IMG/VR virus record: IMGVR_UViG_3300027956_000025
Span: 1-35,882 of that record
Length of the DNA: 35,882 bases
From: a virus
Taxonomy: Duplodnaviria > Caudoviricetes
Direction: 5' to 3' (one strand)
Part shown: positions 1 through 7,227 of the stretch, piece after piece
Layout of the letters: each line of letters starts with the position of its first letter
Position numbering within the stretch: position 1 is the stretch's first letter
Made by a program: the position numbers and the translations under genes
The notes under the pieces: model-generated
Databases searched by the model: none
What the model was told of the DNA's origin: nothing
Seen by the model: the letters and a program-made list of their open reading frames with translations, nothing else

Positions 1-558
1 TACGACGATGACGGCGGTGCTGTGCAGGTTGTCGAGGTCAAGACTGTGAATGGGTTTGGGTTCAAGTCGATGGCAACTGACTTCAAAGGTGCGCCTGCTG
101 GCCCACGCTCAGGCCACATTCTCCAGGCTGCACTGTCAGCTATGGCGTTAGATGCAGACGAGGTTGTGATTGCCTATCTATCGATGGAAAGTGTGTCTCC
201 GTCGCTTGCACGCTACACAACCAGCGATGTAGGTAGGTTCGCTGCCGAGTGGCGTTACAGTCGTGACGAGTACCGAGCTATTGCGTTGCCTGAGATTGCA
301 CGTATTCAGCGGCTTGTTAGTCAACTCGAGGACTTCCCAGATGTTGTGCCTGCACCGTTCGTTTGGGATGCCGAGATACCAGATGGTGCGTTCATCCAGG
401 ATCCTGCTCGTGGGATGTGGGTTGTTGCGTCACCTGACGATGCGAATGTTGTTGTCGATACTGGCAGGGTGTGGTTCTGCGATTACTGCGATTGGCGTGA
501 GCAATGTCAGAAAGATAATCTCGCTAAAGAAACCGCTGTAAATATCAGTCGTAAGTAA
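1..558 (+). CDS. Cas4-like / PD-(D/E)XK exonuclease, 5'-truncated by the window edge
   Basis: Frame is open from base 1 (YDDDGGAVQVVEVKT). It has an ExK motif (EVKT), a Q..Y-like helix (LQAALSAMA) and a C-terminal WFCDYCDWREQC (CxxC-x5-C) Fe-S-type cysteine cluster. Confidence 0.7.
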   Translation, partial: YDDDGGAVQVVEVKTVNGFGFKSMATDFKGAPAGPRSGHILQAALSAMALDADEVVIAYLSMESVSPSLARYTTSDVGRFAAEWRYSRDEYRAIALPEIARIQRLVSQLEDFPDVVPAPFVWDAEIPDGAFIQDPARGMWVVASPDDANVVVDTGRVWFCDYCDWREQCQKDNLAKETAVNISRK

Positions 559-568
559 CGGAGGAATA

Positions 569-859
569 ATGAGCATCGATTGGAAAGAACCGCCTGGTAA
601 GTCTCGTGGTCGTAAGCGTTCAGCGTTGACGATCTATGAGGATTTGAAAGAGAACCCTGGCAAGTGGGCGTTGTGGCGGCAGCGTGTGTATCCGAATAGT
701 GGGTATGGCTTGCGTAAATCATATCCCGCTGTGCAGGTAACGCTTCGCCGCAATGGTGAAAACGATAAAGGTACGCCGTTGTTTGATGTGTATGTGCGTT
801 GGGTTGGGGAAATGGGCGAATTCGCTGACGATACGCCTGCTACGCCTGATCCATTTTAA
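569..859 (+). CDS. hypothetical phage protein (96 aa), possibly DNA-binding
   Basis: GGAGGA RBS upstream, basic N-terminus, LKENPGKWA motif, tight packing with neighbours. Confidence 0.75.
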   Translation: MSIDWKEPPGKSRGRKRSALTIYEDLKENPGKWALWRQRVYPNSGYGLRKSYPAVQVTLRRNGENDKGTPLFDVYVRWVGEMGEFADDTPATPDPF

Positions 860-876
860 ACCAACTAGGAGGAACA

Positions 877-1080
877 ATGTTTATTGAATCAACGCCTACT
901 GAGGCGCAGCTCGAGCGTGTTGCCGAGCGGAAGTATCGGGCGTTTCTCATGACCAATATGGATGGGAGCCAGGAACTGATCACCATTTTTGATGGTGTTC
1001 ATAACGCTCAGGTTGCCCGTCGTAATAACAGATGGGAAACATGGAGCGCGCCTCGTTATTTCATTGAGATATACGACTGA
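877..1080 (+). CDS. hypothetical protein (67 aa)
   Basis: AGGAGGAACA-ATG RBS; fills the gap between neighbours. Confidence 0.75.
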   Translation: MFIESTPTEAQLERVAERKYRAFLMTNMDGSQELITIFDGVHNAQVARRNNRWETWSAPRYFIEIYD

Positions 1081-1096
1081 CGTTCCACGTGGAACA
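1081..1096. promoter_or_regulatory. parS-like palindrome cGTTCCACGTGGAACa
   Basis: Perfect 14-bp inverted repeat at 1082-1095; 15/16 match to the known parS variant TGTTCCACGTGGAACA; intergenic. Confidence 0.65.
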
Positions 1097-1106
1097 AGGA
1101 GGAAAC

Positions 1107-1340
1107 ATGATTACCCACCGTGAATACGAGTGGAGTGAAAAGCATTACACCCGATTGCTCGATCATAAGGTTGTTGCTGTTGGGTTCTTTGAGAACTTCG
1201 GTGAGCTGTGGCCGTACATCACATTCGAAAGCCCTGAGGGTGAACGTGTTGACGCTTACATCCAAAGCGATCCAGAAGGAAACCATCCAGGTTTTCTGTT
1301 CTATGGATACCTCGACATTCCGGAGGACAATCATGAGTAG
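1107..1340 (+). CDS. hypothetical protein (77 aa)
   Basis: ATG at 1107 follows CAAGGAGGAAAC, so it is preferred to the GTG at 1089 inside the palindrome. C-terminal SDPEGNHPGFL. Confidence 0.7.
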   Translation: MITHREYEWSEKHYTRLLDHKVVAVGFFENFGELWPYITFESPEGERVDAYIQSDPEGNHPGFLFYGYLDIPEDNHE

Positions 1341-1683
1341 AACTGATGCGCCGATGGCACGTACATCTGATCCGTTGTCGTCTCATATAGCAAATCGCAA
1401 TATCAAAAATAATGTGACGTTGGCTGACAACATCCTTTGTGCAGTGCGAAACATTTATGCGCAGACTCCAAGTGTTGGGGTAACAGACGATCAGATACTT
1501 GAGTTTGTTGAAGCGCTGACACAGAAACGTCAGCAACGCAATGTGATTGCTCGAGCTCGAGGTTTGATGGAGAGTGATGGTGTGCTCGAACGTGTTTCTA
1601 ATACAGATAGTAAGCGTGTTGCTGTAGTGCCTAACCAAGCCTGGCGTATTGACAAAGGCTTCGAACAGAAAGTTAATCCATGA
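1333..1683 (+). CDS. winged-helix/HTH DNA-binding protein (116 aa)
   Basis: ATG at 1333 follows GGAGGA. N-terminal ARTSDPLSSHIA motif is typical of small phage wHTH proteins, followed by a TDDQI...RARGLMESDGVL helix pattern. Confidence 0.6.
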   Translation: MSRTDAPMARTSDPLSSHIANRNIKNNVTLADNILCAVRNIYAQTPSVGVTDDQILEFVEALTQKRQQRNVIARARGLMESDGVLERVSNTDSKRVAVVPNQAWRIDKGFEQKVNP

Positions 1684-2066
1684 AACCTTTGATTGCTATT
1701 GCCAGTTTTGCGTTGCTTACAAGTTGTACAGTCGAACGCACAATTGTGCAGCCTGCCGAAACGACACAGCCTTCAGCTCCTAGCACATATCCAACAGCAG
1801 ACAAAGAAGACCTGTTTGTTGAAACCATTGAAGAGATGGACGGCAAGTCGGTGTACGTTTCGGATGCAGAGCTCCTCGAGACAGGCTATTTGATTTGTGA
1901 TGGGTTGGATGCTGGTCAAACAATTGAGGATCTTATGGCGGTCATTACCAGCGCAGCAAGTAGTGCTGATGGCCTGAATTTCCTCACGATTATTGCGGCG
2001 TCAGCAATTACGTTTTTGTGCCCTTGGCATCAGGATTTAGTTGAGATAGGAGCTGGTGGAGTGTGA
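1680..2066 (+). CDS. DUF732-like lipoprotein
   Basis: Signal peptide with lipobox LTSC (Cys16), Pro/Thr linker, then GYLICDGLDAG...AASAITFLCP two-Cys pattern. ATGA overlap with the upstream gene. Confidence 0.7.
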   Translation: MKPLIAIASFALLTSCTVERTIVQPAETTQPSAPSTYPTADKEDLFVETIEEMDGKSVYVSDAELLETGYLICDGLDAGQTIEDLMAVITSAASSADGLNFLTIIAASAITFLCPWHQDLVEIGAGGV

Positions 2067-2254
2067 AAGATTACGTAGCTTGGCAAGCCGATTGTGCAGG
2101 TGATTCCTGCGAGGTTTGGGTTGAGTGCAAGGAGTGTCGTGAAGGCTGGTGGTTCGAAATGTTTCGTAACTATTCGCTGGAACAAGATGTTGAGTGCGAG
2201 AACTGCAACATTGCATGGACGGAATACATTGACCCGGAGGATTTGAGCTTTTGA
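2063..2254 (+). CDS. small zinc-ribbon protein (63 aa)
   Basis: CKEC and CENC pairs; GTGA overlap. Confidence 0.6.
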   Translation: MKDYVAWQADCAGDSCEVWVECKECREGWWFEMFRNYSLEQDVECENCNIAWTEYIDPEDLSF

Positions 2255-2454
2255 AACAAGGTTTGCAAGATGCAGGTATTTTTCATGACGTTTGGTATGA
2301 GCGTCATCATTGGGGTTACTTCCTTTATGGTTTCACTCCGAACACGAACGAGTGGGTCAGTATCAAATTTGCTGGCAATGGTTCTGATCACATAGATTTA
2401 AGAGAGTGCGTGATGGCGTTCAAGGAGTACTTGACGCAAAAGGAGGAGCAGTGA
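2251..2454 (+). CDS. hypothetical protein (67 aa)
   Basis: TTGA overlap, GGAGGA upstream, coupled to the next gene. Confidence 0.6.
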   Translation: MKQGLQDAGIFHDVWYERHHWGYFLYGFTPNTNEWVSIKFAGNGSDHIDLRECVMAFKEYLTQKEEQ

Positions 2455-3458
2455 GGGCTATTCAACCGCTTGCAGATATCGAGACTCGAGCACCTGAAGC
2501 AGGTCGTATTCGTCTTGGTATGAAGTCCGGTAAGGCTATGAAGTCGCTGGACAAGTTTCGTTTTACATCACCGTTCAAAGATTGCATTGAGGTTTTGGCT
2601 GAGATGTATGGCGGTGAGTGTCGTCCTTGGAGTGATCCCAAGGCTAGTCCTTCCTCACAATGGGAGGTGCTGACAGACGCTAGTGAGATCCAGGTGTTTC
2701 TTCCCCCTTCGCCTGTGTCTACCTGGTATGAACTGTATTCGGGGTCTGGCTTGCAGCGTCGTTGTGACGGTGCTGTTTGCCAGATCCCGCAGCAAACCGG
2801 CCCTAACATTTGGGAGCCTGTGGATAACCCTTGTGTGTGTGTTGCTAAGAACGCTATGGAGTGTTCCCCTCATACTCGTTTGAAGGTGTTGATTCCGGAT
2901 GTTCCGTTCCGTGGTGTGTGGCGTTTGGAAACGAAAGGTTGGAACGCTTTGAAAGAACTGCCCGGTATGGCTGATTTGATTACTCAGTTGAATAGCAGTG
3001 GAAGTATGGTGCGTGTTGCGCTTGGCATTGAGAAGCGTACGCAGATGCGTCCGTCTGGTAAGCGTAACTTTGTGACTCCGACGTTGACGATGTTGGATTC
3101 ACCTAATCAGATTCTGTCGGGCGCTGCTCGAGTTCAGGGTGTTGCAATCAGCCCACCTACTCGCAGTGTTCCTCTAAGTATTGAACCTCCTGCTCAGGCT
3201 ATTGAGTACGACGACATAGTCGATGCTGTGCTAGTCGAGGAGGACGAGCAGGAGGTTCAAGCTTTGTTGTTTAACGACGCAGAGTATTTCGGGTTAGATG
3301 CCGAAGCATTTTGGCAAGCAATTGTTGTTCAGGTAAAAGGTCGTGTAGGTGATCTAACTGCCGATCAGCTGGATCGTTTGCGTAGCGCTCATCAGAAGAT
3401 GATGGATGGAGACCTGGTTCCTGCAGGTATTGAGAATAACAAGATCACATGGCAGTAG
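2451..3458 (+). CDS. phiC31 gp3-like (recombination directionality factor-like) protein
   Basis: GTG at 2451 follows AGGAGGAG and makes a GTGA overlap. Motifs GRIRLG, RRCDG..CxC..C.P.TRL and GVWRLETKGWNA..EL, with an acidic C-terminal extension. Confidence 0.65.
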   Translation: MRAIQPLADIETRAPEAGRIRLGMKSGKAMKSLDKFRFTSPFKDCIEVLAEMYGGECRPWSDPKASPSSQWEVLTDASEIQVFLPPSPVSTWYELYSGSGLQRRCDGAVCQIPQQTGPNIWEPVDNPCVCVAKNAMECSPHTRLKVLIPDVPFRGVWRLETKGWNALKELPGMADLITQLNSSGSMVRVALGIEKRTQMRPSGKRNFVTPTLTMLDSPNQILSGAARVQGVAISPPTRSVPLSIEPPAQAIEYDDIVDAVLVEEDEQEVQALLFNDAEYFGLDAEAFWQAIVVQVKGRVGDLTADQLDRLRSAHQKMMDGDLVPAGIENNKITWQ

Positions 3459-3479
3459 CCATTTTGTCAAGGAGGAAAC

Positions 3480-4382
3480 ATGACAAAAGCACGAGAAGTG
3501 ATGGAGGAGTTTGCCCAGCGGGTGATCAAGTCCATCGAAGATGGTTTAGTTGAGGGCAAGTGGGTGAAGCCGTGGCATGGTTCCACGTTCTTTCTGCCAC
3601 CTGTTAATGCGTTGACCAACAAGGTGTATCAGGGCGGCAACTTCATGTTGTTTGCTGCAATGGGTGAGACGCTTGGTTTTCATAGCGGTTATTGGGCTAC
3701 CTATAAGCAGTGGACTGAGCTGGGTGCGCAGGTTCAGAAGGGTTCCAAGGGTACGACTGGGATCAAGTGGGTTGTGAATGAGTGTAAGCACGCTCCTGAT
3801 GAGCAGTGTGAGCGGTGTGGTCGCATGTTCCCTGTTGCTTTCACCGTGTTCAACGAGCAGCAGATCGAAGGATGGTCGTCCGGAACAATCGTTGATGAGC
3901 CTCAGCCCATGAACCCTGATGAACGGTCGCCTGAACTCGATGACTTTTTTGATAATACAGGTGCTGTTGTCCAGTATGGGCTTGGGTCTGCTTCATATAT
4001 ACCTACGTCTGACGTCATTCGGATGCCCAAGTTTGAAGACTTCTTTGATGCACGGTACTTTTACTCGACGCTTTCACATGAGATGGTGCATTGGACGTCG
4101 CACTCTTCTCGTGTTAATCGTGAGGTTGTCCCTTACTACCAAGATCAGGATAAGTATGCGTTCGAAGAGCTCATTGCAGAGCTAGGTGCGACCATGCTGT
4201 GCGCCCATCTACGTATCGAAGAGCAGCCTCGTGATGACCATGCACAATATCTAGCGCATTGGGTCGGCCATTTGAAGAATGACCACAAGATGTTGTGGAA
4301 AGCGTGTTCGCTCGCATCCAAAGCTGTCGAGTATGTAATGGCATTGCAGCCGTCCAACCAAGAGGAGTTAGTTGCAGCATGA
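3480..4382 (+). CDS. ardC: ArdC-family antirestriction protein (ssDNA-binding N-domain plus zincin-like domain)
   Basis: KPW, PVN..T...Y.G.N, WATYKQW..LG.QV.KGSKG, FTVFN..Q, HEMVHWT, YAFEELIAELGA, HAQYLAHW. Confidence 0.9.
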   Translation: MTKAREVMEEFAQRVIKSIEDGLVEGKWVKPWHGSTFFLPPVNALTNKVYQGGNFMLFAAMGETLGFHSGYWATYKQWTELGAQVQKGSKGTTGIKWVVNECKHAPDEQCERCGRMFPVAFTVFNEQQIEGWSSGTIVDEPQPMNPDERSPELDDFFDNTGAVVQYGLGSASYIPTSDVIRMPKFEDFFDARYFYSTLSHEMVHWTSHSSRVNREVVPYYQDQDKYAFEELIAELGATMLCAHLRIEEQPRDDHAQYLAHWVGHLKNDHKMLWKACSLASKAVEYVMALQPSNQEELVAA

Positions 4383-4723
4383 TTTTCAAGAATAACGACC
4401 AACTTTGGGTCAACGAAGCGCTATGCCGAGGGATGGATATCGACTTGTTTTTCCCAGAACGTGGAGTTAACTACAACCAGATCAAAGAAATCAAAAGAAT
4501 GTGTAAGGTATGTCCTGTCCGAAAGCAATGCTTTGAATTAGCGATGGAACAGGAACATGATCACTGTGGAATCTTTGGTGGAACAACTCCTCTTGAGCGA
4601 AGGCGTATCCGAGCCGAACGTTCCTACGGTGACGTTGACTTTTTCTATGCCAGCATCATATCTGACCATGAACCAGCGCAAACATTGGCGGTGGGTCGCT
4701 GGACAAAAAAAGGTGTGGCGTGA
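4379..4723 (+). CDS. whiB: WhiB-family Fe-S transcription factor
   Basis: ATG at 4379 (ATGA overlap). W...ALC...D..LFFP, CKVCPVRKQC and GIFGGTTPLERR give four Cys plus a G[IV]WGG-like turn. Confidence 0.9.
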   Translation: MIFKNNDQLWVNEALCRGMDIDLFFPERGVNYNQIKEIKRMCKVCPVRKQCFELAMEQEHDHCGIFGGTTPLERRRIRAERSYGDVDFFYASIISDHEPAQTLAVGRWTKKGVA

Positions 4724-4982
4724 AACGGCACATATCCTTGGCCTCACTAAGGTCAAAGAAGCACAAGCTCTCACCCGAGGTCGAAGAGCACTTGTTCAGT
4801 TTGCTTTCCCAGTTTCACAAAACCGACGAAGAGACCCGCACAATTATTACCCGACTATTAAACCAATCATCGACGGATTAACCGATGCCGGCTTCTGGCC
4901 GGACGATACGCCAGAGTATGTTGCTACACGTGAGCCGATGTTCTACAAGGGGGAGCTTGTACTGGTTCTTGTGACTTGCTGA
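4629..4982 (+). CDS. RusA-like Holliday junction resolvase (start uncertain: 4557, 4629 or 4647)
   Basis: LTMNQRKHW, RRRDPHNY, KPIIDGLTDAG and PDD acidic catalytic pattern. Confidence 0.75.
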   Translation: MTLTFSMPASYLTMNQRKHWRWVAGQKKVWRETAHILGLTKVKEAQALTRGRRALVQFAFPVSQNRRRDPHNYYPTIKPIIDGLTDAGFWPDDTPEYVATREPMFYKGELVLVLVTC

Positions 4983-4992
4983 AAGGAGGAAA

Positions 4993-5430
4993 ATGTTCAG
5001 CAGTCTTCTAGCTTTAATTGTGACCAGCCAGTTGCATTGGCTTGCCACCATGCCTATCCAAAGCGGGCATCTTGAAGCGATCGTCGCCCAAGATATGTGC
5101 CTCGAGTACGTCGATCAAGCCTTCGCTACAGGCTGGGAATCACAGGATTTAGAGCGACTCCTCTACATTATGCATCGAGAATCGCGCTGTCTTCCTGATG
5201 CGTGTGGTGTCCCTGATCGTCCTGATCTACGTCGCTGTCGTGACTGGGGTTTGATGCAGATAAACGATCACTCATGGAAGACGAAGGTTCGTGAAATGGG
5301 TTTGTCGATGGAAGATATGACAGATCCTTTTTGGAATCTGTTCTTCGCTAGAGTATTGTTTGATTTAGCAACAGTTGAATATGGTTGTGGATGGCAACCC
5401 TGGAACGGAACATGTGAGGGACAGAAATGA
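4993..5430 (+). CDS. secreted or anchored lysozyme-like lytic transglycosylase
   Basis: Hydrophobic N-terminus; catalytic Glu in HRESRC; DWGLMQIN, DP..N and GWQPW motifs; AAAGGAGG RBS. Confidence 0.8.
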   Translation: MFSSLLALIVTSQLHWLATMPIQSGHLEAIVAQDMCLEYVDQAFATGWESQDLERLLYIMHRESRCLPDACGVPDRPDLRRCRDWGLMQINDHSWKTKVREMGLSMEDMTDPFWNLFFARVLFDLATVEYGCGWQPWNGTCEGQK

Positions 5431-5741
5431 TTATTCGTATCGATGAAACATACGTCTGCCCTGAGTGTTACCTTGCTGTTCATTATGGTGCTGACGAAGT
5501 TCTGTCAGAACATTGGGATAGCACAGCGTTCTTGCGTTCAACGGTAGGCCAGCATTTCGTAGGCGATACTTGCACCGAACATGATCACCAGGAATATGAG
5601 GAAGGCAAGTGTTTGACGTGTGGTCATGAGTCGGACGGCATCATCGATTTCAGTTACACAAAGTGCGACATGTGTTTAAGCCCACTTGGTGGTGCACGTT
5701 ACCGGGTGACAAACCTGAAAGACGACTCAGATCACTTCTGA
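5427..5741 (+). CDS. Cys/His-rich zinc-binding hypothetical protein
   Basis: CPEC, CTEH, CLTC, FSYTKCDMC...LGGAR; ATGA overlap; last gene of the + arm. Confidence 0.65.
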   Translation: MIIRIDETYVCPECYLAVHYGADEVLSEHWDSTAFLRSTVGQHFVGDTCTEHDHQEYEEGKCLTCGHESDGIIDFSYTKCDMCLSPLGGARYRVTNLKDDSDHF

Positions 5742-6160
5742 CGTCCGTGCAACGTCTCTTTGAGTTCTTCGTTGCGCTGATACAAACCGAGCGAGCTCTG
5801 CATACGTTCGATTAGGTTTACCAATCTCTCTTGGTCATCATCACCCCGAGGTGTAACTCGAGTAAGATAGTTGACCGCCGACTGGATATCCTGCCTGTGC
5901 ATTTCTGTCGCTTCCTCGTATAACACGATGGTCTTTTTGACCATCTTGATGGGGATATGCAGAATACTATCTACGTAGTCGTCTTGCCCCCATGACTGGC
6001 AAATACTCACATGATTTTTCTTGCCACCCAGAACGGGTTCAAGTAGAAATCCGATGGTGTTCACATCATATGTGCCATCGTCTTTGAGATCATCTACGTG
6101 CATCCAAGATCCTGAGGGTACGTGAGCGTCTTTCCAACAGACAAGAACAAGTTTTACCAT
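5732..6160 (-). CDS. hypothetical phage protein (V.W.DA motif)
   Basis: ATG at 6160 overlaps the upstream stop (ATGGTAA). LVLVCWKDAH...SW...TIGFL...IP..MV pattern. Confidence 0.7.
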   Translation of the reverse strand: MVKLVLVCWKDAHVPSGSWMHVDDLKDDGTYDVNTIGFLLEPVLGGKKNHVSICQSWGQDDYVDSILHIPIKMVKKTIVLYEEATEMHRQDIQSAVNYLTRVTPRGDDDQERLVNLIERMQSSLGLYQRNEELKETLHGRQK

Positions 6161-7227
6161 TTCTCTTTCTTTCGATCCTGGCAAAACACTGGGGCTTGGA
6201 CAGTGATGTTGTGCTCTGGGGTGACGATAGCGAGTGCTTGCTGTGGAGTTTCATATCCAAAATTAGATATCCATGCGTACTCGTCAAGGCCCTTGGTACT
6301 GCCATTTACGATCATGTAAGGGGTAGAGATGTACTGATGCCAGTGCCCCATCCAAAGCGTCTCAAATGGCTGGCCGGTATCAAGTGCACGCTGCGACTTG
6401 CGTGCTCTCATACGCATAATAGGCGGGAAGATACCGCCGATACCGCCGCCTCCGCTTACCTGATCGCCGTGTGTGAGGAGATGGCCGTGCCCATAGATCT
6501 GTACAAGAGTGTCTGCGTTTTCGCTGATCTGGAACGTAAATCGTTTATCAGATGAAAGATGGCGTTCAATCATCTTGCCAAGTAGCCAGTCAAAGTTGGT
6601 GCGTGCACGGAGCTTCATGCGTGGCTTACGACTCATTCGACCGTGATTACCTACAACGCATGGGACATGTACTGAGCCGAACTCGTCTGCAATGACCAAG
6701 AGTGCAGCACATATTTGTTCGGCCCAATGCAACAACGAACCAAGAATTGTGTCTTCGTTTGTTTGAGCTAGTTCTTCATGGATATCACCAGAAAAAATGT
6801 CGCCACCAAGCATCACTACTACCCCGTCATATGTAACTCCAGACAGATAATGCTTCGCCATTTTTATTGCGTTCTCTGTCCACATTTGAAGACGTTGTTC
6901 GGCTATAGTTCTGTTGTAGGCGTTCAACCCACCGACTTCTTCGGGTAGAACTACCTCATCGAAATGTGTGTCAGACAAGAGGAGGGCAAGCGTGGCGTGT
7001 TTCTTGCGAGTCGAACCCTTCGGAGCCAACCATTTTGGCGGCTCCAACTGTGCATCATTAACAGCATCAATAAACCCTAAAGCTTTCTCAAGTTCGTCAA
7101 CTCGCTCGAGCGCAATCATTAACTGCTGCTCGGCTGCATCGCGTTGCCGACGAGCGCGAGCTGCATCTACCCGATTGATTGGTGATTCGAGTTGTTCCTC
7201 CTTCTCGAATTCATCAGAGATCGGCAC
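6154..7227 (-). CDS. calcineurin-like metallophosphoesterase with N-terminal coiled coil
   Basis: All five metal motifs present: SDTH, GGDIFSG, GNHGR, THGD, GHWH. Confidence 0.9.
   Translation of the reverse strand: MPISDEFEKEEQLESPINRVDAARARRQRDAAEQQLMIALERVDELEKALGFIDAVNDAQLEPPKWLAPKGSTRKKHATLALLLSDTHFDEVVLPEEVGGLNAYNRTIAEQRLQMWTENAIKMAKHYLSGVTYDGVVVMLGGDIFSGDIHEELAQTNEDTILGSLLHWAEQICAALLVIADEFGSVHVPCVVGNHGRMSRKPRMKLRARTNFDWLLGKMIERHLSSDKRFTFQISENADTLVQIYGHGHLLTHGDQVSGGGGIGGIFPPIMRMRARKSQRALDTGQPFETLWMGHWHQYISTPYMIVNGSTKGLDEYAWISNFGYETPQQALAIVTPEHNITVQAPVFCQDRKKEKW

Noticed and set aside
1-558. Cas4-like motif as evidence for a CRISPR-Cas system
   Set aside because: No repeat-spacer array or other cas genes were seen; solo Cas4-like nucleases are common in phages.
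1089-1106. GTG start at 1089 given in the ORF track
   Set aside because: It lies inside the palindrome and upstream of the strong RBS; ATG 1107 fits better.
1120-1332. N-terminal extension of the 187-aa ORF
   Set aside because: It overlaps the 1107-1340 gene entirely; the RBS supports a start at 1333.
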